From Leptospira sp. (GTDB lineage: Bacteria > Spirochaetota > Leptospiria > Leptospirales > Leptospiraceae), in assembly GCA_034439575.1 (NCBI GenBank), contig JAWXAQ010000035.1, positions 64,001 through 128,000 on the forward strand: 64,000 nucleotides of DNA, in the 5' to 3' direction. The notes below the pieces were generated by a model. The model did no database searches, was not told the DNA's origin, and saw only the letters and a list, made by a program, of their open reading frames with translations. Both the position numbers and the translations under genes were made by a program. Positions 1 through 9,507 of this stretch are shown here, piece after piece. Numbering within the stretch: the first letter of the stretch is position 1; each line of letters starts with the position of its first letter.

Positions 1-2281
1 AACTACCGCCGATCACTCGCATAAGTGAAAATTCTTTTTTCCTTTCAAAGTGGCTAGAATAAAGAGAAGTAAACACAAGAATGAGTGCTGACATTAAAAT
101 CAATCCAGTCATAAGACGAATCATTTGAGTCACCTTTTCCAAAATGCCCAAAAATGCTTGGATCGTTTTTTCCGTATCGATCACCGTAATATTCGGATAA
201 GCTGATACGATTCCTTTTTGCAATTGGTACCTATCCTCGGAATTTTCCAATAACAAAGAAGAAAGGTAAAAACGAGGCGCTTTTTCCAAAAAACCACCCG
301 AAAATACGACAACGAAATTTGGTTTCATATCTGACCAATTTACAGAACGTAAATTGGAAATTTTGCCCTCTACTTCTATGCCTTGTATATTGAAAGTTAA
401 AGTATCTCCAACTCCTGCTCCTAAATAACCAGAAAATTCTTTTTCAACGGAAATTTGATTTTGGTCACTTTCGTTCCACCACCTACCATCTGTTACTTTT
501 TCTGTATCAAATAAATTATTTCTATAAGTCAAAAAGTATTCTCTAGTTCGGGCAGTGGCTCGCCAATTTCTCTCCATTGCATTTCGAAGTGTATCTTCTT
601 TTTTAACAGGCTCACCATTCACTTTCGCGAGTCGTGCTCCAATAATTGGCGCTAGGTATTGTTTTTTTACCGGAAATTTCCCTAAGATAGTTTCTATTCC
701 GATTCGCTGGTCTTCCTTTATGTCCAATAAAAAAACATTGGGTCGTCGATTTATTTCACGTGCTCCACTTAATTCCATCAAACTTTCTTGGAGAACGAGC
801 GACAAACAGAGTATAAATAAAGCAGAACCTAATCCAAGTATTGATAATCGAATCGATCCCGATTTGCGTATGATTTTTTTTGTGACAAGGCTCCACTCTT
901 TTGAAATCAACGCATACTTTGTTAGTTGGATAAGCAGTATTCCAAACAATTTAAAAAGGCCAAAAACTAAAATCGGTAAACTAACAAGAACAATTGCAAA
1001 AATAAATCCCTTGAAGAGTGATTCTGTTTCAATCGTGGCAAGAAGGACAAAAAGAAGATAAATACCCAAAGACGAAAAAATTAAAATCCATCTATCACTA
1101 CTCGTTTGTTCTCTTGATTCAATTTCTTTTAGAGCGAGTAAAGGTTTTGTTTGTCCCGCATCCCATACTAAAGGCAAGGCTACAAGTAAAGGAACAATGA
1201 TTCCAAGTAACAAACTCCATAAAATAGATGATAGAGTTAATGTTGGTGAAATAGTTCCTAAAAAATCAGATCCAGTGAGGGAAGGTATCCAATTTTGAAT
1301 TTGATAACCTAACAACAGACCAAAAATAGTGGCGATACTTGAAACTAAAAATATTTCGCATATAATTAAAACCAATATAACTTTTGGTTTTGCCCCAAGG
1401 CACATTAGAATAGAAATTTCATTTTTCTTTTCTTTCAATCGTGTTCGAATCGCTGTATAGACGGAAATGGCTCCCAGAAAAAAACCTGCAAGTGCCAATA
1501 ATGACATGTAGTCAAAAGTATTTTTTAAAAACTGTTGAGATCCAGAATTAACTTCTGTATGATGATAAATTGTAAGATCATTTTTTATAAACGCTTCAAA
1601 GTTTCTTTCTTTCCATTCGCTCGCATTTATTTTCTGATCTAACTTTACATAAACGGTATAACGAATCCGACTTCCTCTTTGAATGAGTCCAGTCAAAAAA
1701 GCTGTTTCTTCTAAGATTACAGTTGTTGGGGCCGCACCCACAAAGGAACCGACAGCACCAGGCTCTTTTATGATCCAGCCTTTTACTGATAAATCCTTAT
1801 CTCCCAATGACACTTTATCACCTAACTTAATTTTCAGGTTCTGTCCAAGATTTTTCTCCATAAGGATTTGGTCTTTTTCTAAATTCAAATAGGCATCTTT
1901 TGGTTCAGTTATAAATTCTCCATAAAAAGGGTAATTTTTTTGTATCGCCTTAACATATGTTAATGAACTCTCTGTATTCTTTTTTGCTAAAACCATAGAC
2001 AAAAATTGAATCGAACTAGATCGTTTTGCCCCAATAGGTAGTGATTTTTCTATTAAATCCTTAGCATCAGAGGTAAATTCTTGCGGTGATTGGAAGGCTA
2101 AGTCAGCACCCATTAGATTTTTTGCTTCTTTTTGGATGGCTGCTTGAATCGTATTTTTATAGGAATGTATGCCGATCACAGCACCAACTCCTAAAGTTAT
2201 GGACACAAGTAATAGAAGTGAAAATTCAGGACGTGTAAATAATTCTCTACGTAAATAGAATTTTAATAGACCAGTATTCAT
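1..2281 (-). CDS. ABC transporter permease (FtsX/MacB-like, YbbP type), runs off the left edge of the window
   Basis: Not in the ORF track because its stop lies outside the window. ATG at 2281 overlaps the ATPase stop (ATGA); reads MNTGLLKFYLRRELFTRPEF..., with a hydrophobic N-terminal segment followed by ...NLMGADL... typical of this permease family. Confidence 0.85.
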   Translation of the reverse strand, partial: MNTGLLKFYLRRELFTRPEFSLLLLVSITLGVGAVIGIHSYKNTIQAAIQKEAKNLMGADLAFQSPQEFTSDAKDLIEKSLPIGAKRSSSIQFLSMVLAKKNTESSLTYVKAIQKNYPFYGEFITEPKDAYLNLEKDQILMEKNLGQNLKIKLGDKVSLGDKDLSVKGWIIKEPGAVGSFVGAAPTTVILEETAFLTGLIQRGSRIRYTVYVKLDQKINASEWKERNFEAFIKNDLTIYHHTEVNSGSQQFLKNTFDYMSLLALAGFFLGAISVYTAIRTRLKEKKNEISILMCLGAKPKVILVLIICEIFLVSSIATIFGLLLGYQIQNWIPSLTGSDFLGTISPTLTLSSILWSLLLGIIVPLLVALPLVWDAGQTKPLLALKEIESREQTSSDRWILIFSSLGIYLLFVLLATIETESLFKGFIFAIVLVSLPILVFGLFKLFGILLIQLTKYALISKEWSLVTKKIIRKSGSIRLSILGLGSALFILCLSLVLQESLMELSGAREINRRPNVFLLDIKEDQRIGIETILGKFPVKKQYLAPIIGARLAKVNGEPVKKEDTLRNAMERNWRATARTREYFLTYRNNLFDTEKVTDGRWWNESDQNQISVEKEFSGYLGAGVGDTLTFNIQGIEVEGKISNLRSVNWSDMKPNFVVVFSGGFLEKAPRFYLSSLLLENSEDRYQLQKGIVSAYPNITVIDTEKTIQAFLGILEKVTQMIRLMTGLILMSALILVFTSLYSSHFERKKEFSLMRVIGGS

Positions 2282-2997
2282 TTTTTCTTCTTCTTTGCAG
2301 GTTTTTTAGATATTCTATTTTCCTTTTTTGGAAGCAATATTTCACCATCTCGCATTTCTAAAACCCTATCAGCTAACTTTGCAACAGCTGGATCATGTGT
2401 AACAATAATTAAAGTTGTATTTAACTTTTTATTTCTCTCCAATAAAAGATCCAATACGACTTTACTATTCTTTGAATCTAAGTTTGCTGTTGGTTCATCT
2501 GCAAATATAATTTTTGGTTCATTGATAAATGACCTTGCAATGGCCACACGTTGTTCTTCTCCACCAGACAACTGTTTTGGAAAATGATTCGCCCTATGAC
2601 TCATAGATACAGAAGCTAACAAGTCCATAGACTTTTTTAATATTTCTTTTTCATTTAAATTACTAGTGAGGTATAAAGGTATCCCCACATTTTCTAAAGC
2701 ATTCATACCAGGCAGTAGTTGAAAATTTTGAAAGATAAATCCTATTTTATTTGCACGCACATTTGCGAGTGATGATTCAGATTCACCAGTCAAATCAATT
2801 TCATCTAATAAAACTACACCTGTATTTGGTTTATCTAAACCAGCCGCTATACCTAAAAGAGTTGATTTACCTGATCCAGAAGGACCAATAATCGCGACAA
2901 ATTCACCACTTCGCACACGAAATGAAATATTCTTAAGCACTTCTATTGGTTCTGGTTCAGAAACAAATGATTTAGACACGTTTATAAATTCTAACAC
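2278..2997 (-). CDS. ABC transporter ATP-binding protein (LolD/YbbA-like)
   Basis: Walker A GPSGSGKST, signature LSGGEEQR, Walker B IIFADEPT, H-loop VTHD; GTG start. Confidence 0.95.
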   Translation of the reverse strand: MLEFINVSKSFVSEPEPIEVLKNISFRVRSGEFVAIIGPSGSGKSTLLGIAAGLDKPNTGVVLLDEIDLTGESESSLANVRANKIGFIFQNFQLLPGMNALENVGIPLYLTSNLNEKEILKKSMDLLASVSMSHRANHFPKQLSGGEEQRVAIARSFINEPKIIFADEPTANLDSKNSKVVLDLLLERNKKLNTTLIIVTHDPAVAKLADRVLEMRDGEILLPKKENRISKKPAKKKKK

Positions 2998-3288
2998 TAG
3001 GATTTTCCCCCACTCTTCTTATCGTATAACAAATATTTAATGACAATGAATGGGCATTTATTCTGATAAATGCCGCATAACATAAAAATTTTATTTTCTT
3101 TGAATTATTTATCTTTTTTTATTTCTGTGTTTTTGTTCCAACTCTATTGCACACTTTTGAAAAATTTTCTAAAAAAAAAATTCTCCACTTTTTGAGAGTA
3201 GTGGCTAATTTTTTTTGACCCCAAACCAGTGATTTTATATACAGTAACTTCATCGTAGTGCTTTTGATTTGTATTTGAAACAGACCTT

Positions 3289-3316
3289 ACAAGGTTATGA
3301 ACAGCACTGTCGATAA
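3289..3316 (+). promoter_or_regulatory. Possible sigma28 (FliA)-type promoter for the small Cys-rich ORF
   Basis: CAAGGTTA-N11-GTCGATAA versus consensus TAAAGTTT-N11-GCCGATAA; -10 is 7/8, -35 is weak. Confidence 0.3.
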
Positions 3317-3342
3317 GCCCTGCTTGATTAGGTAAAAATAGA

Positions 3343-3522
3343 ATGCTTGAATGCGAAACTGAGATAGATATGGCAACCGAGCCGCATGCTAAAAATAATG
3401 AATTGAGAACCTGCAGCGAATGTGGGACGATTACACTCTTATACCAGAACGATACCTGTAAAAGTTGTTTAGCAAAGAGCTTCAAAAAGCTTGTAAAAAT
3501 CATTGATTCCGTGAGAAAGTAA
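3343..3522 (+). CDS. Small CxxC-x11-CxxC (zinc ribbon-like) protein, 59 aa (50 aa if started at ATG 3370)
   Basis: Hand translation: MLECETEIDMATEPHAKNNELRTCSECGTITLLYQNDTCKSCLAKSFKKLVKIIDSVRK*; below the ORF-track cutoff; ends 28 nt before leuS. Confidence 0.65.
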   Translation: MLECETEIDMATEPHAKNNELRTCSECGTITLLYQNDTCKSCLAKSFKKLVKIIDSVRK

Positions 3523-3550
3523 ATATTGTGCATTCTTTTCCTGTTAGTCG

Positions 3551-6154
3551 ATGAGTTATCCCTTCCAAGACATTGAACCAAAGTGGCAATCATACTGGGA
3601 CAAGCACAACACTTTCCAAACAGATCCACATTCTAAAAAACCAAAGTACTATTGTTTAGACATGTTCCCCTACCCTAGTGGTGCGGGATTACATGTAGGC
3701 CATCCTGAAGGTTATACCGCTACAGATATCATATCAAGACTCAAACGAATGGAAGGATACGAAGTGCTCCATCCAATGGGATGGGATGCTTTTGGTCTAC
3801 CAGCCGAAAGATATGCAATGACGACTGGAATCCATCCAAAAGTCACAACAAAAAACAACATCGACAACTTTCGCAAACAAATCAAAATGCTTGGCCTTTC
3901 TTATGATTGGTCTCGTGAAATTTCCACTACAGATCCAGAGTATTATAGATGGACTCAGTGGATTTTTTTGCAAATTTACAATTCCTACTTTGACCGTAGC
4001 AAAAACAAAGCTGAACCAATCAGTAAATTAATCACTGATTTTGAATCAAATGGATCCGCTTCCTTCGAAGGCTTTGAACTTCCGAAAGGAATTTCTTTTT
4101 CAAACAATGAATGGAAATCCAAATCAAGAAAGGAAAAAGAAGATATTTTATCTCACTTCCGACTCGTATATGAAGCAAAGATACCAGTCAATTGGTGTGA
4201 AGCTCTCGGCACAGTACTTGCCAATGAAGAAGTCGAAGAATGGGTTTCCAAAGGTTATTCCGTAGAACGACGACCTATGCGTCAGTATATGATGCGCATC
4301 ACTTCCTACGCCGAACGCCTATTAAACGATCTATCTTTATGTGAATGGCCTGTTTCTACGCTTGAAATGCAAAGGAATTGGATCGGCAAATCAGAAGGCT
4401 TAGAAATTGAATTTCCATTGGCCAATGGAGAGAAAGGTATCACAGTTTATACAACTCGTCCTGATACCATTTTTGGTGCCACTTATCTTGTGTTAGCCCC
4501 AGAACATCCTCTCGTTTCAGAAATTATCACTCTAGATCAAAAGTCGGCAGTCACGTCTTACCAAAAAGAATGTGCATTAAAAAGTGATCTTGAAAGAACA
4601 GAACTGAACAAAGAAAAATCTGGTGTCTTCACCGGTGCATTTGCTTTACATCCTGTTGATTCCTCTAAACAAATTCCGATTTATATTTCTGATTACGTTT
4701 TGTACGGTTATGGGACGGGAGCGATTATGGCGGTGCCAGCTCATGACCAGCGCGATTATGAATTTGCCATCAAATTCCAATTACCTATCATTCCTGTCAT
4801 CGATGGAAAAATCGAAGATGGAAAGGCATTTGATTCCAAAGAATCAAAATGTATCAATTCGAACTCTCCAGTTTTAAATCTAGATGGGATGACCTACAAA
4901 CAAGCGTTTGATGCTATATCCAATTGGGCTGAAGGAAAAAAAGTTGGCAAAAAGAAAATTCAATTCAAATTAAGAGATTGGCTTTTTGCTAGACAAAGGT
5001 ATTGGGGTGAGCCGATTCCTCTTGTTCATTTTGAAGACGGCAGTCCCAAAGCTTTAAATGATACAGAGCTTCCACTCATTTTACCTGACTTGAACGAGTT
5101 TAAACCTTCGGGAACTGGTGAATCACCACTTGCAAATGCCAAAGACTGGCTTATATACAAAGATCCAGAAACAGGCGAAGTCGGTAGAAGAGAAACAAAT
5201 ACTATGCCTCAGTGGGCTGGTTCTTGTTGGTATTATTTACGTTATATTGATCCTAAAAATTCAAATAGACTTATTGATCCAGAACTTGAAAAAGCATGGA
5301 TGCCTGTTGAAATTTATATTGGCGGAGCAGAACATGCCGTATTGCACCTGCTATACTCTCGTTTTTGGCATAAGATACTTTTTGATTTAGGCCATGTGTC
5401 GACTCCGGAACCTTTCCAAAAATTGGTTCACCAAGGACTGATCCTTGGGGAAGACAAAAGCAAAATGTCAAAGTCTAGGGGCAATGTTGTTAATCCAGAT
5501 GATGTTGTGATCGAATATGGGGCTGACACGCTAAGACTTTTCGAAATGTTTATGGGACCTTTCGAAATGACAAAACCTTGGAGTAAAAATGGTGTAGAGG
5601 GAGTCTTTCGATTCCTAAACCGTGTTTGGCGACTTTTTCATTCTGGACCAGAAGAAACCTTCCTTGTTCATGATGTTCCACCATCAGATGCTGAATGGAA
5701 GATTTTACATCGCACTTTAAAAAAAGTAAAAGAAGATATTGATCATTTTTCTTTTAATACAGCCGTTTCGCAAATGATGATTTATGTGAACGAACTGACT
5801 GGATCAGTGAATAAACCAAAATCAATTTTGGAACCATTTGTACTTGCCTTGTCACCCTTTGCACCTCACCTAGCAGAAGAACTTTGGCAAAAATTAGGTC
5901 ATAGTTCAACGATTGCCTTTGAACCATATCCAAAATGGGACGAGAAATATCTGTTAGATGCAGAAATCACTATCGTAGTACAAGTCAATGGAAAGATGCG
6001 AGGCGAGTTCCTAGCATCCAGAGACATCAACCAAGAACAAGCGATCGCTATGGCAAAAAAGGTAGATAAAATTCAGCCGTTTATCACAGGCAAAGACATC
6101 AAAAAAGAAATCTATGTGCCTGGAAAACTGGTAAATATCGTAGTTGCTGGATAG
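3551..6154 (+). CDS. leuS: Leucine--tRNA ligase
   Basis: MFPYPSGAGLHVGH (HIGH motif), KMSKS, editing-domain TTRPDT and GTGAIMAVPAHDQRD, C-terminal VQVNGK. Confidence 0.98.
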   Translation: MSYPFQDIEPKWQSYWDKHNTFQTDPHSKKPKYYCLDMFPYPSGAGLHVGHPEGYTATDIISRLKRMEGYEVLHPMGWDAFGLPAERYAMTTGIHPKVTTKNNIDNFRKQIKMLGLSYDWSREISTTDPEYYRWTQWIFLQIYNSYFDRSKNKAEPISKLITDFESNGSASFEGFELPKGISFSNNEWKSKSRKEKEDILSHFRLVYEAKIPVNWCEALGTVLANEEVEEWVSKGYSVERRPMRQYMMRITSYAERLLNDLSLCEWPVSTLEMQRNWIGKSEGLEIEFPLANGEKGITVYTTRPDTIFGATYLVLAPEHPLVSEIITLDQKSAVTSYQKECALKSDLERTELNKEKSGVFTGAFALHPVDSSKQIPIYISDYVLYGYGTGAIMAVPAHDQRDYEFAIKFQLPIIPVIDGKIEDGKAFDSKESKCINSNSPVLNLDGMTYKQAFDAISNWAEGKKVGKKKIQFKLRDWLFARQRYWGEPIPLVHFEDGSPKALNDTELPLILPDLNEFKPSGTGESPLANAKDWLIYKDPETGEVGRRETNTMPQWAGSCWYYLRYIDPKNSNRLIDPELEKAWMPVEIYIGGAEHAVLHLLYSRFWHKILFDLGHVSTPEPFQKLVHQGLILGEDKSKMSKSRGNVVNPDDVVIEYGADTLRLFEMFMGPFEMTKPWSKNGVEGVFRFLNRVWRLFHSGPEETFLVHDVPPSDAEWKILHRTLKKVKEDIDHFSFNTAVSQMMIYVNELTGSVNKPKSILEPFVLALSPFAPHLAEELWQKLGHSSTIAFEPYPKWDEKYLLDAEITIVVQVNGKMRGEFLASRDINQEQAIAMAKKVDKIQPFITGKDIKKEIYVPGKLVNIVVAG

Positions 6155-6163
6155 AATTTCTGA

Positions 6164-7300
6164 CTAAAACGCAGTCATGATAAAAATCAAAAAAGCGATC
6201 AGAATCAAAGCCACAAAGGCACCGATCAAAGAGTAAAGATTTCCATTTCCTTTGGGAACTTCTGGAAGTTTTTTCTTTGGAATGGCCACAGTTGATTTAT
6301 CACCTGAATTATTTGATGCAGTCGCAGGTTTAGGTACTGCCACTTTAACAGGACTTTCTTCGATGGAATGCAACAAATACTGATTAGGTCCCTCAGCGAA
6401 AAGATGGTATTCATTTTTTGCAGAAGCGATTCCACGAAATTTTCCGACGATAGGTTCTTTTGAAATTTTTCCTTCATCATCAAGAGCACCCAACAAACCT
6501 GCATTCGTTGCCCCATCAGGAGTATCGGCCATAACTCTAAACAATATTTCTTGACCAACAACTAGATTATCAAAATCAACTCCACTGATAGGAGATATGA
6601 CTGTTTTCATCATGATTTCTTTAGGGTAACCTTGTCTCATTTGCTGGATCTGACGATCAACTGATGTGAGTTCTGCGGGTGATTTAGGCGTTGAGGATAC
6701 TTCCGGTTCTGGTGTCGACTCTTCTGGAGGTTTGACAATAGGAGAAATCGTACCTTTCATCGGATTTTCAAAACGAAATTTAGCACTAGAAATTTTATCT
6801 ACTTCTGCTTGAAGTTTTACTTTTCCAGCTTTGATGCCATTTAAGATAGCAGGTTCAAACATTTCAGGCAATCGTGAAGGATCTTTTTTTTCCCATAATG
6901 GTAAAAATTCGTCTAACTTCTCTTTGGTTAAAAGTTTGTAAACAATGCGTCCAACAGCTTCTGAAACGGCTTGGTCATATCCGTCTTCTGACTTTCCTAT
7001 ATCACTTAAATCTGTAGAAATTTGAACATGATCGGCAAATGGTCGAATGCGTCGAAAGATAGGTGAGTTTCCTATTACAGAATAAACTTCCATGATATGC
7101 TTTCGTATCGATGATGTTAGTATGAGTATAATTCCTGTTTTATTGTCCAGGTCGACTTTGATTTTGACTAGATAGGAATCTGTGATCTTGCCTTGCAAAA
7201 CTTCTTTTGCTTGTTCATCTGTGAAAACTGCATCCATGGTCAGGCCCAGGAGTTCAGCTTGACGTTTTAATAATTCCGATTTTGAATTTAACTCTGACAT
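6164..7300 (-). CDS. Hypothetical protein with a C-terminal transmembrane anchor
   Basis: 378 aa ORF with Pro/Ser/Thr-rich linkers and a terminal hydrophobic helix (LYSLIGAFVALILIAFLIFIM); start overlaps the upstream stop. Confidence 0.8.
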   Translation of the reverse strand: MSELNSKSELLKRQAELLGLTMDAVFTDEQAKEVLQGKITDSYLVKIKVDLDNKTGIILILTSSIRKHIMEVYSVIGNSPIFRRIRPFADHVQISTDLSDIGKSEDGYDQAVSEAVGRIVYKLLTKEKLDEFLPLWEKKDPSRLPEMFEPAILNGIKAGKVKLQAEVDKISSAKFRFENPMKGTISPIVKPPEESTPEPEVSSTPKSPAELTSVDRQIQQMRQGYPKEIMMKTVISPISGVDFDNLVVGQEILFRVMADTPDGATNAGLLGALDDEGKISKEPIVGKFRGIASAKNEYHLFAEGPNQYLLHSIEESPVKVAVPKPATASNNSGDKSTVAIPKKKLPEVPKGNGNLYSLIGAFVALILIAFLIFIMTAF

Positions 7301-8010
7301 TAGTCTAAATGTAACTGCTCTTGATCTGATTTTGCAAGCGAAATCACTTGCAGAGGTACCTCAACTTTGGCAATAGTTTCCTGTTTCTTTTCTGAAGAAT
7401 AGATCGAAAAAAGCCTTCTATCAAATCCAGATTGAGAAAGTAGGATTTCAACCATAGTGATTCCCATGCCAGCACCTTCTGTATTATCTCCATGTTCCAT
7501 AAAGAACTCAAAAAGGTTGTCGTACTTTTTAGCATGCAAAAACTTTTCTTTAATCCTCACTGCTTCAATCGGTATCAAAGCAAAATTGTTTTTGATCTCA
7601 AGTTCTAATTTGTCATCTCGATAACTGCAGGTAATCTTTACGTGGTGTCCCACTTCTCTCATTGTTTTTTTATATGATGGAAATTTTCGTTCACTCAGAT
7701 TGTTTTTAAAATGCTTCATGCCCTTCTCATAATCCTCTTCATTGTGGATATTGAGTTTCAGCTCATCAAAAATGATCCGTTTGATAGCCGCTTTAGTGGA
7801 ATTGACGATCAATTCCTTAGCTGCCGTATAAAGCATTTCCATAAGGTCAAAGCGACCGACTTTATTTAGAATCGAGGAAAGAATGTATTTGAGTTTAGCT
7901 TCACCGATATCACCTAACACATAGGTAATCATGGAAACTTTTTTCCCTTCAGCAATAGCTTGGTCTACTGTCTTACAAAAACTAGGGTCAAGTGAGGTTT
8001 CCATTTCCAT
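7300..8010 (-). CDS. Stand-alone HATPase_c-like (GHKL) protein
   Basis: N-box-like ELIVNSTKA and G2-box-like EGAGMGI; no sensor or His-phosphotransfer domain. Confidence 0.65.
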   Translation of the reverse strand: MEMETSLDPSFCKTVDQAIAEGKKVSMITYVLGDIGEAKLKYILSSILNKVGRFDLMEMLYTAAKELIVNSTKAAIKRIIFDELKLNIHNEEDYEKGMKHFKNNLSERKFPSYKKTMREVGHHVKITCSYRDDKLELEIKNNFALIPIEAVRIKEKFLHAKKYDNLFEFFMEHGDNTEGAGMGITMVEILLSQSGFDRRLFSIYSSEKKQETIAKVEVPLQVISLAKSDQEQLHLD

Positions 8011-8060
8011 TCAAATAATTCGACTAGAAGAATTTGCCACAAGGAAATAGTTTTGTCTAC

Positions 8061-9413
8061 TTATTTATGGATACTTATACTTTTCCCTAACACTTTTAAA
8101 ACATCATCTATATTTGCAGGGCAAGGTGTAATGTGATTTTGGTACTTTGAATTTGTCCCCATAATTTTCCCTTCGTGGTAGTTTACTTTAAATTCTGTAA
8201 ACTTAAGCCCGTTTGCTGTCGAAATGACTACAGCAGTTTGTTTTTTCTGAATGGTGCCGTTTTCTATGCACTTAATTAACGCTGCTAAGGCTACACCTGT
8301 ATGTGGATCATTGTACAAGCCATAACGATCGCCGCGTGCCGCTGCATCAGACAATTCTTCTTCCGTCGCGACTTCAACTACTCCATCAAATTTTTTCAAA
8401 ATGCGAATCGCTTTTTTTACAGAAACTGGATCGCCAATTTGAATCGCCGAAGCCAATGTTTTTTGTGCAGTTACCGATTGAAAATTGTTAAAACCTGATT
8501 TAAAGGACTCATAAAGAGGGCTTGCATTTTTTGCCTGAGCTAACACAATCCTTGGTAATTTATTGATAAGACCAAGCTCTTTCATCATTTCAAAACCCAT
8601 TCCCAATGCGGAAACATTGCCCAAATTTCCTCCCGGAATGATCACCCAATCTGGGACTTCCCAACCTAACTGCTGTGTGATCTCAATGGAAATTGTTTTT
8701 TGGCCTTCGATTCGAAGTGAATTCATAGAATTCGCAAGGTAAATGGTTTTTTCTTTGGTCACTTCTTTTACGATCGCCATACATCCATCAAAATCTGTAT
8801 CGAGTGCAAGAACTGTAGATCCATTAGATACAGGTTGAATTAATTGTGCCGTAGAGACTTTGTTTGCTGGTAGAAAAATAATTGATGGAATGCCTGCTTT
8901 GGCAGCATAGGATGCGAGTGCCGCAGAAGTATCACCTGTCGAAGCACAGGCGACAGCCTTGATGGGAACACCATCTGCGATCATTTGTTTGACCTGACTT
9001 ACAAGCACAGTCATACCTAAGTCTTTAAATGAACCTGTGTGTGAGATCCCGCATTGTTTGATATAAAGCCCAGCGAGTCCTAAATCTTTGGCCCATCTGT
9101 CGGCATTGTAAAGGTGTGTCCCACCCTCTCCCGAAGTTACGATATTTTCATCTGCGATATTTGGGAGTACCCATTCTTTTTTTCCCCAAACACCGGACTG
9201 GTAGGGAAATTTTTGAGAACGAAATCGCGAATCAAATGTTTCTTTCCATTCTGTTGCCGAGATTTTTTTTAATTTGTCCAAATCGTGTTCGACAGAGAGT
9301 AATTCTCCTTCATTTTCACACGTATAAACGACTTCGCGAAGAGGGTAAGTTTTTCCGCAAGAGTCTAAAGTGCACCGAAAGTGCGCATCGAATTCATTTT
9401 TTGTAAGTGACAT
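8061..9413 (-). CDS. thrC: Threonine synthase
   Basis: PLP lysine motif HTGSFKDLG, CASTGDTSAA, PGGNLGN; likely start MSLTKNEF at 9413 rather than 9458. Confidence 0.95.
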   Translation of the reverse strand: MSLTKNEFDAHFRCTLDSCGKTYPLREVVYTCENEGELLSVEHDLDKLKKISATEWKETFDSRFRSQKFPYQSGVWGKKEWVLPNIADENIVTSGEGGTHLYNADRWAKDLGLAGLYIKQCGISHTGSFKDLGMTVLVSQVKQMIADGVPIKAVACASTGDTSAALASYAAKAGIPSIIFLPANKVSTAQLIQPVSNGSTVLALDTDFDGCMAIVKEVTKEKTIYLANSMNSLRIEGQKTISIEITQQLGWEVPDWVIIPGGNLGNVSALGMGFEMMKELGLINKLPRIVLAQAKNASPLYESFKSGFNNFQSVTAQKTLASAIQIGDPVSVKKAIRILKKFDGVVEVATEEELSDAAARGDRYGLYNDPHTGVALAALIKCIENGTIQKKQTAVVISTANGLKFTEFKVNYHEGKIMGTNSKYQNHITPCPANIDDVLKVLGKSISIHK

Positions 9414-9507
9414 TGAATATCTCTTCCGATCTGGTTTATTTAACTTCCTTATCCACATTAATGAGGTAAGGAAAAATCTCGAATGATTTTTATTTAGTAA
9501 TCTATTT

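Noticed and set aside
555-1892. Plus-strand ORFs 555-1061, 1018-1200 and 1683-1892
   Set aside because: Antisense shadows of the minus-strand permease; no motifs.
3066-3090. GTTATGC (GTTRRRY) on the minus strand next to a hairpin, reminiscent of an integron att core site
   Set aside because: Single 7-mer with no matching partner box, cassette array or integrase in the window.
3000-3550. T-box or other leader riboswitch upstream of leuS (also checked upstream of valS)
   Set aside because: No T-box consensus (AAxxxGGGTGGxACC) or terminator/antiterminator seen by eye; an Rfam scan would be definitive.
3144-3629. 161 aa minus-strand ORF
   Set aside because: Overlaps the leuS start and the better-supported small Cys-motif ORF on the opposite strand; composition is not protein-like.
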